This document shows, one piece after another, positions 60,341 through 64,000 of a stretch of DNA of 64,000 nt. Under the pieces are notes generated by a model. That model was given only the letters and a program-made list of their open reading frames with translations, was not told the origin of the DNA and did not search any database. Source of the stretch: Schmidtea polychroa (lineage: Eukaryota); assembly GCA_044892525.1 (NCBI GenBank), contig CM097885.1, forward strand, positions 2,916,001-2,980,000. Direction: 5' to 3'. Numbering within the stretch: position 1 is the stretch's first letter; each line of letters begins with the position of its first letter. Made by a program: the position numbers and the translations under genes.

Positions 60341-63334
60341 CGATTTATTTTTTGTCGGCGCAGGAGAAGCAGGGACGAAGAGTTTTTCCAGTATTGGTTG
60401 TAGTAGTCATCTAAAGATTAAAGAAATTTACACATGCCTTACAAACTTTTGTCAATTGATAATCACACGTTCACGACGCGAGTTTTGTCACCTCCCTCAT
60501 CCATAAACTCAAAAAAAGTTCGCCTTTGCATACTAACGACCATCCATTAATCTATTCAGGCCTCAAACATTCAAAATTAATTCACACAATCATTATAATT
60601 TTATGAGGGGAAAACGGGAATTCTACAAAAACAATTCATTTATTCTAACTTTGACTTATACATTTATTCTACAATTATTTATTCACCATGGTGGTCACTA
60701 TTAATCCTCCTGGTTATTATTATACTTTAATAATCACGTTTCTCTCATGACGCTTTTACTTTGCCAGAATATGTACGAGCTGTATTATAGAAAAGAAATA
60801 CCGTGTGGTAGGAGTCCTTTTACGTTAGACGGGTCTATTAGAGTTGTGATTAAATCAGAAAAACATTTTTGGTTTGTTTCAAATCGGAAATTGTGATTTT
60901 AATTTATTTAAATTTTTCGCTGAAAAAGTTGTCATAGCGACGCGGAGTGGTAAACGATTGGGTGGAAATGTTGTCACCTATTGCCTAGTACATTGTGATG
61001 CATGCCTACTCTGTCTGTCATCAAGTTGTACTTTCTCACCCCTAGTGGTTTCGCTGTCTGCTAATGACGAAATCGAACTGCTTAATTATGCAACCTCGAT
61101 ATTTCCTTGCTAATGTTATGTAATGGTGACGTCAGCTTTTCCACTACAATCTACCTAAGTGGTGAAGCATGCATGTCATTATACTTAATGAAAACAAATA
61201 TAGCATCTCGGTCAGAGTTTTCAGACACGTCAAAATTTTACTTGCTGATCTAGAAGACTTACGAATTCTAACGGCGTAAATTATCCATGATTTTAAATGG
61301 ATGAGATTAATTTTTGTTTCAGCTTCTTCTAAGTCAGGTCGATTTCGGATGAAGATTTTCAGTTCATTCGCCCAACGGCCTTCACTCACCGTCTACTCGC
61401 CGGACAAATTATCGAAACCTCCCCGGACAGCTGCTGTGTTCGGACTTAAGTCACAAGGAAAAACAAATCGGTATCTACTCGATGCTGGAAAAAGATAAGT
61501 CGCTCGCAGATTACAACAACCGCCCTCATTAATTATCGAGAATCTTATCAAGCTGTCTAAATCGGCTCACTGGCACTGGTAGCGATTTCCCTCATTTCGA
61601 CCGTAAGTAACTGATAATTTCTACCGTTTTAGTTACTTTCTGTTTAGAGAACCAAAGCTTATCAGCAGTATGCAAGTGACTGATTTAACCTAAAAGTACA
61701 TCGATACTGGGTTTCGTCGCTAACGTGCTGGCAATCAAGCTCAGGCAATAACTCATGAACTTATTATGCCGTGGAAAACAGTTGGGTTTGATCGCAAACG
61801 GTGATTGTCAAGATTCCTCCTCGGTTATTCCGATCGTCAAGCTGATTTTCCTAGAAGATTTTCCTCGATTTATGCGAAGTTTCGTTAGACTTAAATACTT
61901 ATACCGATCTGATCTGGATTTAACCTCAGTTGGAAATATAACCTTCCTATACGAATATCAGGAATCTCTATGTAACTGGACGAAATGATAGGACTATTCT
62001 CCTAACGATCGCGCTGAGTGAAGGAAAATTTGTTTCTTCGCAACTGGAATTTTTCATCTACCGAGTCTCATCACCCCTCATGACACACCCAAGAAGGCAT
62101 TCATTTCTGCCGCCATTCTTGCACCGTCATGAGGGACCAATCAACTCCTTTACATTCAAAAGATAGACATTCGCTTATAATCACATTAATGATAGAATAA
62201 ATGATGAATAAAATAAACAAATCAAAATACCCGGCGACCATATCATCTGGGTTCCAAGAATGATGCTTCTCCATTTTTTTCCGATCATATATTCATTTTC
62301 AGCATTAGCAAATATCTCTCTTATCATTATCACCTTCTCCGGTTCCAATATATTCGCAATATCTCCTAGATGCATGTCATAAAAACTCCTCGTGGCTACT
62401 TCTCCATTTGGCATCATCCTTGAAATCACCAGAGGATACCGTCGTCGGCACCATGAAGAAAGGCAGTTTTTAGTTTTAAATAAATTTATTAAATGAAATT
62501 ATTCTTGTTATTTACAAAAAGTTTATTAAAATCAATCATCGATATTCATTAAATTTAATCATACAAAACTAATCCACAAATACTTAACATACTTTGAGAT
62601 TTGGAAAAGAAACTGGAGCAAATTGATTAACGCGCAGGTTGTCTTGAGTAAGATTACTAAACCTCTTCCTAAATCGATTGGGTCGTTTTCTAAAATTGGT
62701 CCTTTGTAGTGGTTCGTAAGTCTCGTTCTGTAGAGTATCTTGATGAGTAGGTCCTGAATGTCGTCTGTAGAGGTTTTGGTTAAAGTGGTACTCTACTGAT
62801 TTTTCGCGTTTCTTATATACTATTTTTCGTCCAATCAGGACTTATTTAGGTTGTAATTTTTAATATTTATTATTATTTTATGTTTTTATTATAATATATT
62901 AGCTTTTAATAACTTAACTTATTTCTTATTATTATTTTATTTATTTTTCCTATTTTTCTTATTTTTCTCCTATTTTTCCTGCTGGTTCACTGCTACTTTA
63001 TCATAATACAATTTTTGTTTTAATTAAACTTCAAGATATTTTTATTTTTTATTTATTGCTTTAATTTCTAGTTTATTTTTTCTCACTTTTTTGCTTATTC
63101 TATTTCTACTTTGTTTATTGTGCTTTAACTCATTTCTCTTATGTCCTATTTCTAATTCTTAAGGGCTTTATTTATTTATCGCTTATTCTTATTTCTTTTT
63201 TATGGATATTTTATTGTTTCCTTATTTATTATTGAGGTTTGATGGTAATTTATTTTTTATTATACTTCGTTATTTTTTCGAGGTTCGTTTCCCGATTTTC
63301 CCCAGTTTCCCTCCACTTCACAATTTGGCCCAAC

Positions 63335-63585
63335 AATTTCAATATCATAAGATAATGCCATCATTGAAGAACCTACTGGTCGCATCTCAGCCGATTGGGT
63401 ATAAAGCTGATTAATATCCGCAATATAACGACATATTATGTCACAAGGCATTTCATATCCAATTTTAGATTTAAATCGAGCTGCTTCCATTTGTGCACGA
63501 CATACTTGAGATCGACAATCAGGGATCATACCAATCATAACACCTCCAGTACTTTCAGTAATATTAAACAATCTTGTAGCTGAAC
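63335..63585 (-). pseudogene. PSMA6: Proteasome subunit alpha type-6-like fragment
   Basis: LFNITESTGGVMIGMIPDCRSQVCRAQMEAARFKSKIGYEMPCDIICRYIADINQLYTQSAEMRP matches the PSMA6 core; the flanks in the ORF are unrelated. Confidence 0.8.
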
Positions 63586-64000
63586 TCTTCTCAATCATTT
63601 CCATCACACAATCTAAATAATCAACGCAAATTCGAAAATTCAAAATTTCTACCAAATTTACCAGTTCAAACAAACGATAATTTTCTACAAATTAAAATCT
63701 CAAATTCATAAAAAATGCATAATAAACCTACTTCTCGCGTCTGTGTGCGCACCCCAACAAAATTCGATCAAATCATACCGCGCACACAGACGCGAAACAA
63801 AAAGAAACGCCAAATAAAGTGCCAGTTAGAGGTGAGTGACATTCCCCCTCTGACTGGTCGAAACACCTGTCAATCCAATTCCCCAACAGTGCAATCCAAT
63901 CCAATACAACCCAAAAAACTATAATTATCATTATCCTTTGTGATCCTATTAACAATGTATATATTTTATGTTTGACAATAATAATTTTATTGATTTTATT

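Noticed and set aside
60345..62460. Relatively GC-rich block with short ORFs that truncates the second TBP-like gene
   Set aside because: Probably a decayed mobile element, but I recognised no domain, LTR, TIR or TSD.

Overview
Very AT-rich animal genomic DNA with 40-60 nt GT-AG introns, ATT microsatellites and a TRAF gene plus TRAF pseudogenes; a planarian-like invertebrate is my inference. The first 28.5 kb is a three-level nest of Polinton/Maverick (adintovirus-like) elements. (i) A 6,425-bp element (575-6999) has ~770-800-bp terminal inverted repeats (TIRs) starting AGTAGT, a perfect 6-bp target-site duplication (TSD) and only one gene, an intact protein-primed DNA polymerase B (pPolB). 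(ii) It sits inside Polinton A (right end 22327, left end outside the window), which has a frameshifted pPolB, an intact protease/capsid/penton/integrase/ATPase module, predicted spliceosomal introns in core genes and a TATA-binding-protein (TBP) homologue. (iii) Polinton A is inserted into the protease gene of a decayed Polinton B (right end 28474), which has a different capsid type and a phospholipase A2 (PLA2) domain in frame with its integrase. The remainder holds hAT transposons and MITEs, Gypsy relics, an orphan Polinton-type terminus, a second relic with the same TBP plus partner gene pair (~59.4-60.3 kb), an intact 4-exon TRAF gene and a proteasome alpha-6 fragment. The best candidates for a new system are the Polinton TBP module and the pPolB-only satellite element. 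All assignments are by eye from motifs; no searches were run.
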